A DNA stretch of 64,000 nt from Candidatus Marinacidobacterales bacterium (GCA_965247365.1 CBDFHB010000002.1:804745-868744), one strand, 5' to 3'; shown: positions 18,928-27,286, counted from the first letter of the stretch. Notes: generated from the sequence alone by a model not told the origin. Numbers and translations are program-made.

Positions 18928-19395
18928 ATGATGTTCATCATGACCTACGAGGTGGTGGCCCGGTATATCCTGAAAAGCCCTACCATTTGGGCGATGGAGA
19001 GTACCCAATACCTTTTTTTGGCCACCACGGCTCTGGGAGGTGCCTATGTCTTGCGCCATGGTGGACATGTCAACGTACCCATCTTGTATGGTCGTTTGAG
19101 CACTCGAACCCAAGCGATCGTCGATGTGGTGACCTCACTCTTCTTTTTCTTTTTCATTGTCGCTTTGTTTCGAGCCTCCTGGCTGACCACGGTGGAGGCG
19201 GTGGTCTATCGGGAACATTCACCCACCTACTGGGAGCCCCCCATTTATCCGGTCTATATCGTCATGACTGCCGGTATTTTACTCATCATTCTTCAGGGTG
19301 TAGCCAAACTTGTCCGGGACCTCGCCACAGCGATCACGGGGAAAGTGGAAACTCCAAGCGGGATTGCGAGCGCTCGACAGGATGAGCCGCAATGA
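18928..19395 (+). CDS. TRAP transporter small permease (DctQ type); true start probably upstream
   Basis: MTYEVVARYILKSPTIW and four TM segments. The in-frame upstream codons VLQAIDATSEWTGKITAFLIPG also look DctQ-like, but no ATG/GTG/TTG is present upstream in that frame (see findings). The stop overlaps the next start (ATGA 19392-19395). Confidence 0.75.
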   Translation: MMFIMTYEVVARYILKSPTIWAMESTQYLFLATTALGGAYVLRHGGHVNVPILYGRLSTRTQAIVDVVTSLFFFFFIVALFRASWLTTVEAVVYREHSPTYWEPPIYPVYIVMTAGILLIILQGVAKLVRDLATAITGKVETPSGIASARQDEPQ

Positions 19396-20705
19396 GTCTG
19401 GGACTGGTCACCGCGATTCTTTTCATTCTTCTGGCCTTATTGCTCCTGTCGGGTCTGCCTCTTGCCTTTGGGTTGGGTGCCACCGCGGTGATACTGGCTT
19501 TATGGAGGATGGGTCCTGAAGCTCTCTTTCTTCTGACCACCACGGCCTTTTCCTCCTGGACCCTTTATATCCTGGTGGCCCTGCCCCTTTTTGTTTTGAT
19601 GGCCAACCTTCTTTCACGCTCAGGGATCGCCGATGACCTGTATGAAATGATGTACCACTGGATGGGATCATTGAGGGGAGGATTGGCGATGGGTACGGTG
19701 ATTATCTGTGCGCTTTTCGCGGCCATGTCAGGGGTGAGTGCCGCAGGAACGGTCACCATGGGCCTGGTCGCCCTGCCCTCCATGCTGAGGAAAAACTATC
19801 ACAAGGACATCGCCGTGGGCGCAATCTCAGCCGGAGGTTCCTTGGGAATCCTGATCCCTCCCAGCATCATCATGATCGTGTTTGCCAGCCTCACAGGTGC
19901 CTCGGTAGGGAAATTGTTCATAGGAGGGGTCATTCCGGGTCTCGTCATCGCTGCTCTTTTTGTCACCTACATTGGAATCAGGACTCTGATCCAACCTCAT
20001 CTCGGCCCCTCGATTCCAGAAGAGGAGAAGATCTCCTGGGGCCGGAAGTTCAGGCTCATCCGGGCGGTGATTTTCCCGGTAGCTCTCGTCTTGCTGGTGC
20101 TGGGATCCATCTACACGGGAATCACCACCCCCACGGAAGCCTCGGCAATCGGAGCCTTCGGAGCTCTGATCTGCACCATCGTCAAGAGGCGCTTTTCCTG
20201 GGCGATGTTTCAGGAAGCAACCCTGGAGGCATTCAAACTCTCCGTCATGGTGGGTTGGATCGTGTTAGGCGCAAAAGCCTTCTCCCATATTTATGCGGCA
20301 ACGGGAGGCGGCAAGTTCATTCTTGGCATGATCTCAGGACTTGAACTGAGACCATGGCTGATTCTTCTAGCCATGCAGCTGATTCTCTTTATCCTGGGAA
20401 TGTTTATCGATCCCATTGGGATCATGATGATCACTCTCCCGGTATTTCTGCCACTGAGTGAAGAATTAGGATTCGATCTCATTTGGTTCGGTGTCCTCTT
20501 TACCATCAATATGGAACTGGCCTATATCTCCCCTCCTTTTGGATTGAACCTCTTCTACATGAAGGGTGTGGTTCCCAACAATATCGGCATGGGAGACATC
20601 TATAGATCCGTGCTGCCTTTTATTGCCCTGGAGGTTCTGGGCCTGATCCTGGTCATCCTGTTTCCCCAGCTGGTGCTCTGGTTACCGAATGCTATGATGG
20701 GGTAG
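19392..20705 (+). CDS. TRAP transporter large permease (DctM type)
   Basis: 437 aa, polytopic. DctM-like segments include SGIADDLY, LFAAMSGVSAAGTVTMG and GILIPPSIIMIV. Confidence 0.9.
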   Translation: MSLGLVTAILFILLALLLLSGLPLAFGLGATAVILALWRMGPEALFLLTTTAFSSWTLYILVALPLFVLMANLLSRSGIADDLYEMMYHWMGSLRGGLAMGTVIICALFAAMSGVSAAGTVTMGLVALPSMLRKNYHKDIAVGAISAGGSLGILIPPSIIMIVFASLTGASVGKLFIGGVIPGLVIAALFVTYIGIRTLIQPHLGPSIPEEEKISWGRKFRLIRAVIFPVALVLLVLGSIYTGITTPTEASAIGAFGALICTIVKRRFSWAMFQEATLEAFKLSVMVGWIVLGAKAFSHIYAATGGGKFILGMISGLELRPWLILLAMQLILFILGMFIDPIGIMMITLPVFLPLSEELGFDLIWFGVLFTINMELAYISPPFGLNLFYMKGVVPNNIGMGDIYRSVLPFIALEVLGLILVILFPQLVLWLPNAMMG

Positions 20706-20710
20706 AAGAA

Positions 20711-20765
20711 ATTCAAAACTCAAAATCCGAAACAAATTCAAAATCCAAAAACTCAAAATTCGAAC
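20711..20765. repeat. A-rich degenerate short tandem repeats (TCAAAA-type units)
   Basis: ATTCAAAACTCAAAATCCGAAACAAATTCAAAATCCAAAAACTCAAAATTCGAAC. CTCAAAAT occurs twice (20719-20726, 20752-20759) and TTCAAAA twice (20712-20718, 20737-20743). Confidence 0.5.
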
Positions 20766-21092
20766 CCTGGAAAAGATCTTGTCGCATTTGGCGACGCGAA
20801 CGACGGACTCTCGCGCTCCTCCCTAGCTCATGCAGCCGTTCCCCAAAACCCCGTGGTTGTCTCCCGTCAAGCGCGGCCCGAATTCTGCCTGCGCTCACCT
20901 TCTGCTTCCCTGAAGAATTAGCCACACGTCGCTTCTGCCGCTCTCTTGGGCTTTTGCTATTGCTCCAGGACGGACGGCCTGGACCTTTCTCTCGTGCACG
21001 CTGACAAAATTGGCACCGGTACGCATCCGCCCGACATGATCCTTCCTATCTCTTATCCGGAGCGACATAAGAAGAGGAATACGTGATACGTT

Positions 21093-21665
21093 TTACTTCC
21101 TGTCGACCCCGGACCAACGCTTGATCGTACCGGCATCGAGCCCGAAAAGATCCAATACTCGACATACCGAGTGGTTGATGATGTCATCGATAGTTTTGGG
21201 ATCGCTATAGAATGCAGGCATAGGAGGTGCTACGACCGCACCCATTTCTGCCGCCTGGTAGAGTAACCTGCAGTGCCCGGCGTGCAGCGGGGACTCTCGC
21301 GGCATCAACACCAGCCTGCGGCTTTCTTTAAGTACGACATCTGCGGCGCGGCAAAGCAAATTGTCGGCATAGGAATGTACTATCGCTGACAGCGTCTTCA
21401 TTGAACACGGTGCCACAATCATCCCATCGGTGCGAAAGGATCCGCTGGAGATGCTCGCAGCCACATCATTAGTGCCATGAACAACATCAGCCAGCGCCTC
21501 GACCTCTTTCACCGTGTAGTCCGTTTCTATTCTGACGTTCATTTTGCCGGTGGCGGACATCACCAAGTGCGTCTCAACATCGTTCTGACTCTGCAAAATC
21601 TCAAGGAGTCGTATCCCGTAGATGACACCGCTTGATCCCGAAATCCCGACAACTAGCCGCTGCAT
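21093..21665 (-). CDS. ubiX: UbiX-family flavin prenyltransferase
   Basis: MQRLVVGISGSSGVIYGIRLLE... GGAG lies 8 nt before ATG 21665. The GTG at 21674 abuts the RBS and is unlikely to be the start. Confidence 0.9.
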   Translation of the reverse strand: MQRLVVGISGSSGVIYGIRLLEILQSQNDVETHLVMSATGKMNVRIETDYTVKEVEALADVVHGTNDVAASISSGSFRTDGMIVAPCSMKTLSAIVHSYADNLLCRAADVVLKESRRLVLMPRESPLHAGHCRLLYQAAEMGAVVAPPMPAFYSDPKTIDDIINHSVCRVLDLFGLDAGTIKRWSGVDRK

Positions 21666-21839
21666 ACCATGCACTCCTTCGATTACTTACTTAGTGCTGC
21701 AGAAAAAGTTTAGACGAGGGCGCCATGCAGATTCTTATTGGCCGAATGACATGTCGCGCGTGTCTTTTTTGGAGTGTAGCACCGTTTGTTGATACGATGT
21801 TCGAGAACACATTCGTCTGCACAATTGATGGGTTGGACT

Positions 21840-22388
21840 ATGGTGGAACGGTTCTGGGATTTTTCAGTGCGAACCTATGGAGTGTCGGGCGTATCCCAGG
21901 CTTGTCTCGCCTTGCAGGACGAGCGCGGTGTTGATGTCAACATGCTGCTCTATTGTATCTGGATTGGCGCAACTCGCGGTGTGTTCAACGAACAGTTGTA
22001 CCGGGCGGCCATGGACTACTCACATGACTGGGCAGCTCACGTGGTGCGTCCGTTACGAGCGGCGCGAACCTGGATGAAATCGGAAGGTTGTCGCCGGGAA
22101 GGGGCGCCGGCCGAATCATGTATGTCCGTTCGCAAGCGAATCAAGGCCGTCGAGCTCGAAGCGGAAAAGTTGCAACAAGGTGCGTTGGAGTCGTTTGTAC
22201 TGGATCAAGACGGCGAACCCGAAAGGAATGATCAGGTGATCGCAGCGGTCGATAACATCAAACGCTATTTCGCGGATATCGAAGTTCATCTCGACAACCG
22301 GGTCTGCCAACACAGCGCGATCGTCGTAGGCGCGGCAATCGATGGGGCGTCACCGCAGCGGGTGGTGGACGCATTACATGGGGCTTAG
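21840..22388 (+). CDS. TIGR02444/DUF2390-family protein
   Basis: MVERFWDFSVRTYGVSGVSQACLALQDERGVDVNMLLYCIWIGATRG fits the family N-terminal pattern (W.F...Y...GV...CL.LQD..G.DVN.LL...W). Start chosen at ATG 21840. Confidence 0.6.
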   Translation: MVERFWDFSVRTYGVSGVSQACLALQDERGVDVNMLLYCIWIGATRGVFNEQLYRAAMDYSHDWAAHVVRPLRAARTWMKSEGCRREGAPAESCMSVRKRIKAVELEAEKLQQGALESFVLDQDGEPERNDQVIAAVDNIKRYFADIEVHLDNRVCQHSAIVVGAAIDGASPQRVVDALHGA

Positions 22389-22691
22389 ACCTGGTGGGGA
22401 GAATTCGAGCGGGTCGGCGACGGACGTGGCCTTTCCCTTTCGTAGGAGCCGTGCGCTTGAAATGAATCGGTTTGCCCTACCTGAGCGTGCGGGTTACCGT
22501 CTGGTAAACTGGACCGTGTGAAGGTCCGGGCTGAAGGATGGAGAACCTCGAAGGCAATCCCAGGCGACCCGACATCGAGATCTTCAATACGTCAGTACGA
22601 CTGGAACTCCGGCCGCGATCCGCAGTTGGAAGCAGCCGTAGAGGAGCTGTTGAGCGACCTGCGCTGACGCGCACGACGACAGTCCCTCCCC

Positions 22692-22821
22692 ATGCCTTAC
22701 ATCGGTGAAGCAGCAGCGCTCGGCACAGCGCTGTTGTGGTCCTTTACGTCCATTTTTTCTAGGAAGCCGGCAAGCGTATCGGCGCCTTCAAGGTCAATAA
22801 GATCCGGCTGTTGATCGCGGT
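22692..22821 (+). pseudogene. DMT/EamA-family transporter, N-terminal relic with frameshift
   Basis: MPYIGEAAALGTALLWSFTSIF, then after a frameshift near 22758 EAGKRIGAFKVNKIRLLIA. It ends abruptly at the next fragment. Confidence 0.45.
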
Positions 22822-22961
22822 ATGGACGAGCTCTACGATCTTCAAGCCGATCCGTACGAGCTCACCAACTTGATCGACACCCCGGAGGCCAGGAAACGCT
22901 CGCGGCAATGCAGAACGAGCTCGCGGCGCTACTCGAACAAACGGGCGCGATTACCGAGTGA
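22822..22961 (+). pseudogene. Sulfatase, C-terminal relic with frameshift
   Basis: MDELYDLQADPYELTNLIDTPEA, then after a frameshift near 22880 QETLAAMQNELAALLEQTGAITE-stop. The ELYDL..DP.E..NL motif is typical of sulfatase C-termini. Confidence 0.5.
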
Positions 22962-23085
22962 GCTCGGGAAACCCGACTAGGTAGCGTTTACTGGGTCGAT
23001 TTCGCTGTGGTGGTGTCAACGCCGGTCAGAAACTGCACATTCGTGGCGGGTGAAAATTACACACTCGACCTACGGGTGACGAACC

Positions 23086-23925
23086 CTAAGGCGTCGTTAC
23101 CTCCTTGGATTTCCTTCGAGCTCTGAGTGGCGGGCGAGGCTCGTCCGAGCCCGCCGGATGGAGAGCCTGCCAAAGTTCGGTGTGCTCTCGCATGCGGTAG
23201 CTGTTTCCTCGGATGTTGACGAGGTGGCAGTGATGCAGGATTCGGTCGATGAGGGCGGCAGCCATGACTTCATCGCCTATGATCTCGCCCCATTGCTCGA
23301 AGCTCTTGTTTGAAGTGAGGACGGTTGAGGCGTGTTCGTAGCGTCGGCTCATGAGCTGGAAGAAGAGGACTGCACCGGTCTGGCTAACCGGCAAGTAGCC
23401 GATTTCGTCGACCACGAGCAGCGCCGGGTGGCTGAGTACGGCGAGTCGGCGTGTCAGGGTTCCGGCAGCTCGAGCCTCCTCGAGCGAGGTGATGAGCGCA
23501 GCGAGGGTGCCGTAGTAAACGCGTCGTCCCTTCTGGGCGGCAGCGATAGCAAGACTGATCGCCAGATGAGTCTTGCCGACACCGGGCGGCCCTAACAAGA
23601 CGACATTCTCTTTGCGCTCGACGAAGCCGAGCTCGTGAAGACTCTCGATCTGCTCGCGCTTGATGGATGGCTGGAATGAGAAGTCGAACTCCCCAATCGT
23701 CTTGACCGTGGGTAGCCGCGAGGAACGCATCGCGGCTTGCAACCGGCGATTGTTCCTCAGGTTGATCTGCGCGCCCAGAAGCTTCTCGATGGCTTCCGAC
23801 GTCGTGACCCCTCCACTGTCGGCCTCGGGGAGGACGCCGTCCACGGCTTCGAGAGCGCCGGGCATCTTGAGGTCTGCTAACATCGCCCGTATCTGCTCAC
23901 GTCGAGAGGCGGCGGCGGCCTTCAT
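23086..23925 (-). CDS. istB: IS21-family helper ATPase IstB
   Basis: Walker A LLGPPGVGKTH. Walker B LLVVDEIGY. The start overlaps the istA stop (23922-23925). Confidence 0.9.
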   Translation of the reverse strand: MKAAAASRREQIRAMLADLKMPGALEAVDGVLPEADSGGVTTSEAIEKLLGAQINLRNNRRLQAAMRSSRLPTVKTIGEFDFSFQPSIKREQIESLHELGFVERKENVVLLGPPGVGKTHLAISLAIAAAQKGRRVYYGTLAALITSLEEARAAGTLTRRLAVLSHPALLVVDEIGYLPVSQTGAVLFFQLMSRRYEHASTVLTSNKSFEQWGEIIGDEVMAAALIDRILHHCHLVNIRGNSYRMREHTELWQALHPAGSDEPRPPLRARRKSKEVTTP

Positions 23926-24962
23926 CGCCCGCCCCCAACGAGCCGGTCGTAGACCTGAAGCGAACGTCGCTCGACTTCAATCGATGGCAGCTCGGCCACG
24001 TGCGCTCTCGTTCGTTTGCTCTCTCGTCTCGGGAGAACAAGGGAACGGTAAGGCCGCTCAGCAAGCGGCCTTAGAGTCGCTTTCTCTTCCCGCTCGAATC
24101 GGTCTATCGGCCTCTCGTGGATCGTGCGATGTTGGCGGACGTTCGCAACGTCACTCGACCACCGCTCGAGCTGAGCATCGAGATCCTCGTCGTTGAGAAA
24201 GTGACGACCGTAGAAGAAGTTCTCGCGAACGTAGCGGATGGGCCTCTCCACTTTGCCCTTGGTCTTCGCACGATACGGGCGACAGGCTCTTGGTCGAAAC
24301 TCCCAGTGATGAGCGAAGCGAACGAACTCGGGATTCTCAACGAGCGGACCACCCTCCCAACGACGGTCTTCCACGATGACCGAACGCATCTGGTCGAAGA
24401 GCACCTCCTTCGGAACGCCACCCAGGAATCGGAAGGCCTGCTCGAGCCCCTCGAACAACGTGTGCATATCCTGGCGCTTGAAGAACCGAAGCCACAACAA
24501 CCGAGAGTAGCCAAGCACCAGGAGCAGAGCCCAACGGCGCCCCCACGGCAGACGGAAGTGCGCGAAGTCCACTTGAGCTTGATGGCCCGGCGGCGTCTCG
24601 AAACGCACAACAGGCTCGATGCCAGGTCGAGGACGCACTTGGCGGACGTACTCTTTGAGCTGCGTGTAGCCGCCTTCGTAGCCCGACGCACGTAGCTCTT
24701 CATACAGGCGAACCGCGCTGAGCTGCGGAAACTCCTCCAGGCGTGAGTCAACGATCCCTCGGTACCGGTCGAGCTTTCGCGGTGTCGGTGGGCGCTTCCT
24801 GTAGCGGACCGCTTCGTTGTCTAGGTCTCGGTCCAATTGGCCGGTCTCAATCCACTGGTAGATGGTGCGGCGGCTTATTCCCAGCTTGTCTGCCAGGGCT
24901 GCCTTCGTCAATCCCTGCTGCAAATACTCTCGTAGCAACACTCGTTTCTCCCTTCCGTACAT
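23922..24962 (-). CDS. istA: IS21-family transposase IstA (short, 346-aa type)
   Basis: HTH (LTKAALADKLGISRRTIYQWI). Integrase-like core (QVDFAHF..., LFDQMRSV, PYRAKTKGKVER). Confidence 0.9.
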   Translation of the reverse strand: MYGREKRVLLREYLQQGLTKAALADKLGISRRTIYQWIETGQLDRDLDNEAVRYRKRPPTPRKLDRYRGIVDSRLEEFPQLSAVRLYEELRASGYEGGYTQLKEYVRQVRPRPGIEPVVRFETPPGHQAQVDFAHFRLPWGRRWALLLVLGYSRLLWLRFFKRQDMHTLFEGLEQAFRFLGGVPKEVLFDQMRSVIVEDRRWEGGPLVENPEFVRFAHHWEFRPRACRPYRAKTKGKVERPIRYVRENFFYGRHFLNDEDLDAQLERWSSDVANVRQHRTIHERPIDRFEREEKATLRPLAERPYRSLVLPRRESKRTRAHVAELPSIEVERRSLQVYDRLVGGGR

Positions 24963-25163
24963 GGGTGCCTCCGCTCTGGAGGGACCACTTTGTCTGAAGG
25001 GCCGCGGTCCTGCCTAGCTCGCGCCAGCCACACCTACGGCCAGGTCTACGGATGGCCGAGTGTGCAATTTTCGTCCGCCATAAGTGTGCAATTTACGCCC
25101 GCCGCTAACAGGTGGTGACACTGCGGCCAAAATAACCGTCTGTTGCCTGCGTCAAAACTCCAT

Positions 25164-26342
25164 TCATTCGACCACGATCATCATGATTTCCACGAGGGCG
25201 CTCGATGACATCAGAGGTGTGCCCACGGTGGCGCGCGCCGGCGGAGGCGACGGCAGATACTCGCGATAAATCTCGTTCATGGACTGGAAATCCCGGATAT
25301 CGGTGACCCACACGAGGCCCTGAACCACATTTCCGAAGTCCATCCCTTCTTCAGCGAGCAGCCCCTTGATGCTTTCGAGGGCCTGACGAGTCTGCGCTTT
25401 GACGTCCCCGGGCGCGTAGCCGTCGGGTCCGCGGCCGGTAATGCCGGAGAGATAGAGGCGGTCACCAACGCGAATGCCCCGCGAAAGAGTGGCATTGGGG
25501 CGGCTCGGCCCGACGATGCGGCGGTTTCCGCCTCTGACGGCGGTGCACATGATCTCGACGTGGAGTCCGGTTCCCATGAGGCCGGCGCGGACGGTAGCAC
25601 GCGCTGGCGGCGCCTCGGAGAAAAAGGCGCGGTAGACGTCGTTCATTTCCTGGAAGCTGCGCGCGTCCGGGAGATAGACATTGCAAGACGCGACGTCCTT
25701 CTTGCTCAAGCCGGCCGCCTTCAGCACCGCTTCCACGTTTGCCAGGGCCTGGCTCGTCTGGCCTCGGACGTCCGTCGGCTGTTCCGAAGCGGGCGCACCG
25801 CGCTTGCGTCCGACCATGCCCGCGGTGAACAAGGTATCGCCTGCCATGATGCCCGGGCTGTAAGGCGCGGTCCACTCGCTCACGCCTGCGGGCATCACGA
25901 CTTTGCGCTCGACGCCGGGCTTGGCGGCGATCATCGCGATCTCCGCGAGTGCGGCAGGGATGGCGATGTCGGCTTGGACCGTGGCGCGGACCGGCGGTGC
26001 ATCGGGAAGGTAGCTCCGGTAGACCTCGTTCATCGCGCTGAAGTATCGGGCGTCGGACAAGTACACGGTCGAGCTCACGACGTACGACAGATCCATGTCC
26101 GCGGCTTTCAGGGTGGCGCGGAGATTCTCGAGCGTTTGTTTCACCTGCTCTTTGATATCTGTCGACTCCCCGGAGAGCGAGCCCGACAGGTAGAGAAAGT
26201 CGCCCGCCATGACGGCGGGGCTGAAAGGCAAATCGGTTCTCAATCCGGCAGGGGCGATGATCTTGTGGTCCGCGACCACGGCCGGTGCGACCGGCGCCAG
26301 TAGCAGTGCGAGAGCTAGCGATGTCAGGACGAATCTTCGCAT
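25164..26342 (-). CDS. Secreted protein made of three tandem RidA/YjgF/L-PSP domains
   Basis: AAGGAGG lies 8 nt before ATG 26342. Signal peptide MRRFVLTSLALALLLAPVAPAVVA. Three ~120-aa modules each end in the family C-terminal motif (PVRATVQADIAIPAALAEIAMIA; PARATVRAGLMGTGLHVEIMCTA; PARATVGTPLMSSSALVEIMMIV). Confidence 0.8.
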   Translation of the reverse strand: MRRFVLTSLALALLLAPVAPAVVADHKIIAPAGLRTDLPFSPAVMAGDFLYLSGSLSGESTDIKEQVKQTLENLRATLKAADMDLSYVVSSTVYLSDARYFSAMNEVYRSYLPDAPPVRATVQADIAIPAALAEIAMIAAKPGVERKVVMPAGVSEWTAPYSPGIMAGDTLFTAGMVGRKRGAPASEQPTDVRGQTSQALANVEAVLKAAGLSKKDVASCNVYLPDARSFQEMNDVYRAFFSEAPPARATVRAGLMGTGLHVEIMCTAVRGGNRRIVGPSRPNATLSRGIRVGDRLYLSGITGRGPDGYAPGDVKAQTRQALESIKGLLAEEGMDFGNVVQGLVWVTDIRDFQSMNEIYREYLPSPPPARATVGTPLMSSSALVEIMMIVVE

Positions 26343-26467
26343 CTCGAAAGCCTCCTTGTGCTTGCGGCGGATACTAACGGCTTGCGGTCTGGAACGAAAG
26401 GATGTGGTTCCGGAGATGATGTATCGGTCGCCGCTCCCCGACACGACTTCGCGCGATCACAGGCGCG

Positions 26468-27251
26468 GGTACTGTCAAGTTCAGTGGGTGAGTGGCAGAC
26501 TTGCCGATGAAAAGCCACGTGGCGAGCTACCGCGGATACCGATTTCCACCCGAGATCATCAGCCACGCCGTATGGCTTTACCATCGATTCTGTGTGAGCT
26601 TTCGGGACGTTGAGGATTTGCTGGCGCAGCGCGGCATCACGGTTTCCTACCAAGCGATCCGGCTTTGGTGCCTCAAGTTCGGTCCGGAGTACGCTCGTGG
26701 TCTGAAGCGTCGGCAGGGTCGGCTGGGCGACACTTGGCACCTGGACGAGGTCTTCGTGACGATCCAGGGCCAACGCCAATATCTCTGGCGTGCAGTCGAC
26801 CAAGATGGTGATGTCATCGATATTCTCGTCCAGCCTCGCCGTGATCGGAGAGCCGCGAAACGCTTCTTCCGCAAGCTGTTGAAGGGGCAAGGCCGCGAGC
26901 CCGGTCGGCTGGTCACCGACAAGCTGAGAAGTTACAGCGCGGCCCATCGAAGCGTCATGCCGTCCGTCGTCCATAGCACGGAGAGTTACGAGAACAATCG
27001 CGCCGAAGTCTCCCACCAGCCGACACGGCAACGCGAGCGCCAAATGCGAAGCTTCAAATCTCCAGGTCAAGAGCGGGCTCGTCCGAAACCTCTTCCACGT
27101 CGGCCGTCACCTGTTGCGAGCTGACCATCATCGGAAGTTACGAGGTCGCGCTTTCCTCACTTGGGATGCAGTAACGATCGCCGCCTAACTCGAGCAGAGA
27201 CCACAATCCGACGGTACCGGCTCGCTCGAGTAACGCCAACTTGACAGTACC
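26468..27251 (+). mobile_element. IS6-family insertion sequence (784 bp) with perfect 14-bp terminal inverted repeats
   Basis: GGTACTGTCAAGTT at 26468-26481 and AACTTGACAGTACC at 27238-27251. A single transposase gene lies between them. No 8-bp direct repeat at the flanks (caggcgcg / caacccga). Confidence 0.85.
26507..27188 (+). pseudogene. IS6-family transposase with a C-terminal frameshift/deletion
   Basis: MKSHVASYRGYRFPPEIISHAVWLYHRFCVSFRDVEDLLAQRGI...DEVFV...NNRAEVSHQPTRQRERQMRSFKSPGQ. The conserved tail GLVRNLFHVGRHLLRADHHRKLRGRAFLTWDAV then continues in another frame to TAA 27186-27188. About 20 nt appear to be missing around 27070. Confidence 0.7.
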
Positions 27252-27286
27252 CAACCCGAACGTCATCGGTCGGGCGCGGGTTCCGT

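Larger units (their letters stand above)
23014..25110 (-). mobile_element. Second, unrelated complete IS21-family insertion sequence (2097 bp) with 5-bp target-site duplication
   Basis: TG/CA termini: TGTCAACGCCGGTCAGAAACTGCACATTC... at 23014, and ...GCCCGCCGCTAACA ending at 25110. About 57-bp imperfect IRs (43/57) carry two sub-repeats each (..TGCACA.T.. and GAAAATT.CACACTCG). GGTGG flanks both ends (23009-23013 and 25111-25115). Confidence 0.85.

Noticed and set aside
20711-20765. CRISPR-like or satellite array.
   Set aside because: The units are 7-9 nt, irregular and span only ~55 bp. There is no repeat-spacer organisation and no cas genes.
11790-25110. Possibility that the two IS21 elements form a composite transposon around the low-GC island.
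   Set aside because: The two elements differ in length, IstA size and terminal repeats, and each has its own target-site duplication. They are independent insertions.
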